Positions 61,961-64,000 of a stretch of 64,000 nucleotides of DNA are shown in pieces; positions within the stretch are counted from its first letter, which is position 1; every line of letters starts with the position of its first letter. Both the position numbers and the translations under genes were made by a program. Origin of the DNA: Macrostomum lignano (lineage: Eukaryota). The DNA lies in the NCBI GenBank assembly GCA_002269645.1, contig NIVC01003568.1, positions 1 to 64,000 of the forward strand, read 5' to 3'. Under the pieces are notes generated by a model. That model searched no databases, was not told the DNA's origin, and saw only the letters and a program-made list of their open reading frames with translations.

Positions 61961-63001
61961 TCACAGCGGAGCTATCTGTGCAAATTTTCCGCAGATAATT
62001 TTGCGCATTTCCCGTCTATAAGCTGGCGAGGCGATGATGTACATGATGAAGTTGACCGTGTGGTTCAGGTAGAAAAACATCTCCAGACCCGTTTGAATGA
62101 ACTCATTTGTAGCTTCGTCAGCCGGGCTGACCGTCGGCAGGGTCGGCCTGATGTTCAAGAAGGTGAAGAACGGGACAAGAAAGATCAGGAAGGCCACCGA
62201 GATGGCCAGCGTGAGACGGATGGAGTTCTTCAACGCCTGCTCCTGCTCGCTGTCGCCGCCCGAAGAGGAAGCGACAAAGCGTCGCTTGATGCCAACAAAA
62301 AGTAGGCAGTTCATCACCAGCGTGACGCCGGCTGGCACGCAGGCGACCGTGGCGAAGGCGATGGCATTGCGCACCGACCAAGCCGCCAGCATGTCCGGGC
62401 CGGCCCAGCAGTACTGATCAACCACGGTGCCGTTCACCGTTACGTAGTTCACCTACACAGAGTCAGGCATTGTGAGGTGTCAATTCTATTGGACCAGCTT
62501 GGATTTACGCTGAAATTTTTCACACATTTCATCAAAACTAACCTGCAGTCCGACCAGCAGGATGGCGTTCTTGGCCAGCGCCAAGACTGTCAGACCAGCC
62601 AGCACGGCTAGCGCCGCCTTTCGAGTGCACCACTGGCGACTTTTGAGCGGCAAGTAGAGCGCGAGCACCCGGTCCATGGACACGCAGGGAACTAGCCAGA
62701 CGGCCACGTCCGACACGATATAGTTGACAAACATCTGCGCCTTGCAGCCGGTGTCCGTCTGGGCAAAAATATCAATATTAGAGACGCCCAGAATGAAGTA
62801 GCGCCAGCATAGCGTGTGCACGGTGAGCGTGTCAGCCACAGCCAGCGCTCGTAAGTAGTAGGACGTGCTGGTCGTCTGCTTGGACAGGTGTAGCAGCATG
62901 TAGGACAGGCAGTTACCGATGGTTGATGCTGCAATCATTGGCAAAGTGACCAAAGCTAGGAACTGTCGGTGGCGTTGAGCGATCAGATCGGCCGCGTCCA
63001 T
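61961..63001 (-). CDS. Class A (rhodopsin-like) GPCR, peptide-receptor type, ~316 aa
   Basis: Exons 63001-62543 and 62452-61961 join at a 90-bp phase-0 GT-AG intron. Seven hydrophobic segments: TM1 IGNCLS, TM2 YLRALAVADT, TM3 C..SMDRVLA, TM6 FLIFLVP, TM7 LNHTVNFIMY, helix 8 PAYRRE. Confidence 0.9.
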
Positions 63002-64000
63002 GCCGGTGCAGAGCTAGCGACACATCTCCGGCGGCTCACCTGGCAATCATTTATACAGATTAAAGCTCAGTGCCTGAGATAGACAATGCGTGCCGATAGA
63101 CCTCGACTTGATGACGATTAGATCTCAGGAAATTAAGCTTTTGTCGAGGCTTCCTTTTTCACGTGTCTTCCTTCATCTGCTGCAAAAAATGATCGGAAGG
63201 CTCAAGAACGCGATGCTGAAAGCAATCTTCTGTTTGGTGCACCCTCCAAACAGGCAGAAATGCTGTCTGTTCGTGACTCGAGTATATTGAGGCAATGTCA
63301 ACTGCAAATTGACCTACGTCTACCGATGATTGAAAGTTAAAAAAGAAAATTGTTCCCGTTTAATTGTCTTTCCTTTGATAAAAATTTTAATTTCCTCAAA
63401 CCAAAGCCTGAAATTTCTGATTAAAACAATACACACCTGCAGTTCCTACTCGAACCAACACTCTGCTTTGAAGAGCAACTGTAATATCTTCCCATAGCTA
63501 GCGCTCCTGAAATGTCCTGAAATTAGACACGTTTGCTTACCTCAAGCCTGTCTTGAAGTTTAGATAAAAATTGTTGATAGAGTCGATGTCAAGGACTATA
63601 CTTAAGTAGACTACTTAAGTAAGTTTAACGAAGTGACTTCAGTGGTCCTTGGTCGATGTATATGTACTGTGCATGCATATCTGTCATGACTGCACTTAAT
63701 AGGAGATCCGGAGCTCCGGAGCTTTTCTTTACTGTATTTATATGCTTTCTCAGTACCTGTGATTGGTGATTAATATCCAGCATGTTTAATACACAAGCTC
63801 CAATGGCATGCTTTCTGTTGCAGTTGCACACACGCAATCAACCTGTTTTGAAATGCTTTAGGCCAACTCAGGTTGACTTCTGTGTGTTCCATAACACTAG
63901 ATTTTTATTTATTTTTAAATCTACTCATATACCCATAATCAAAGTGACTTATTTAAATAAACATAAACTGTGAAGACATCAAACTTCTTTGAGCTTACCG

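Overview
Eukaryotic (animal) genomic DNA. It has GC-rich exons with poly-Ala/Gln tracts, GT-AG introns and a very high density of micro- and minisatellites. This architecture resembles the flatworm Macrostomum, but the species is an inference. Seven genes can be assembled by hand with phase-consistent splice sites: a MAP7/ensconsin-like gene (+, 5' end not located), an NCKX/SLC24 K-dependent Na/Ca exchanger (+), a Ser/Thr kinase (-) and a related pseudokinase (+) arranged head-to-head, a KCTD1/15-like BTB gene (-, single coding exon), a WWP/ITCH/Su(dx)-type C2-WW-HECT ligase with only two WW domains (+), and a class A peptide-type GPCR (-). Mobile DNA comprises a young intact 4371-bp Ty3/Gypsy element (204-bp LTRs, ATGGG target-site duplication), two tRNA-derived SINE families, MITE-like inverted repeats and a 5'-truncated LINE fragment. 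Most notable are the divergent kinase/pseudokinase pair, the LINE fragment sitting in frame and stop-free in the last NCKX exon, the reduced HECT ligase, a bZIP-site-dense antisense promoter in the MAP7 intron, and introns almost filled by a different satellite each. All calls come from reading the sequence and ORF track; no searches were run.
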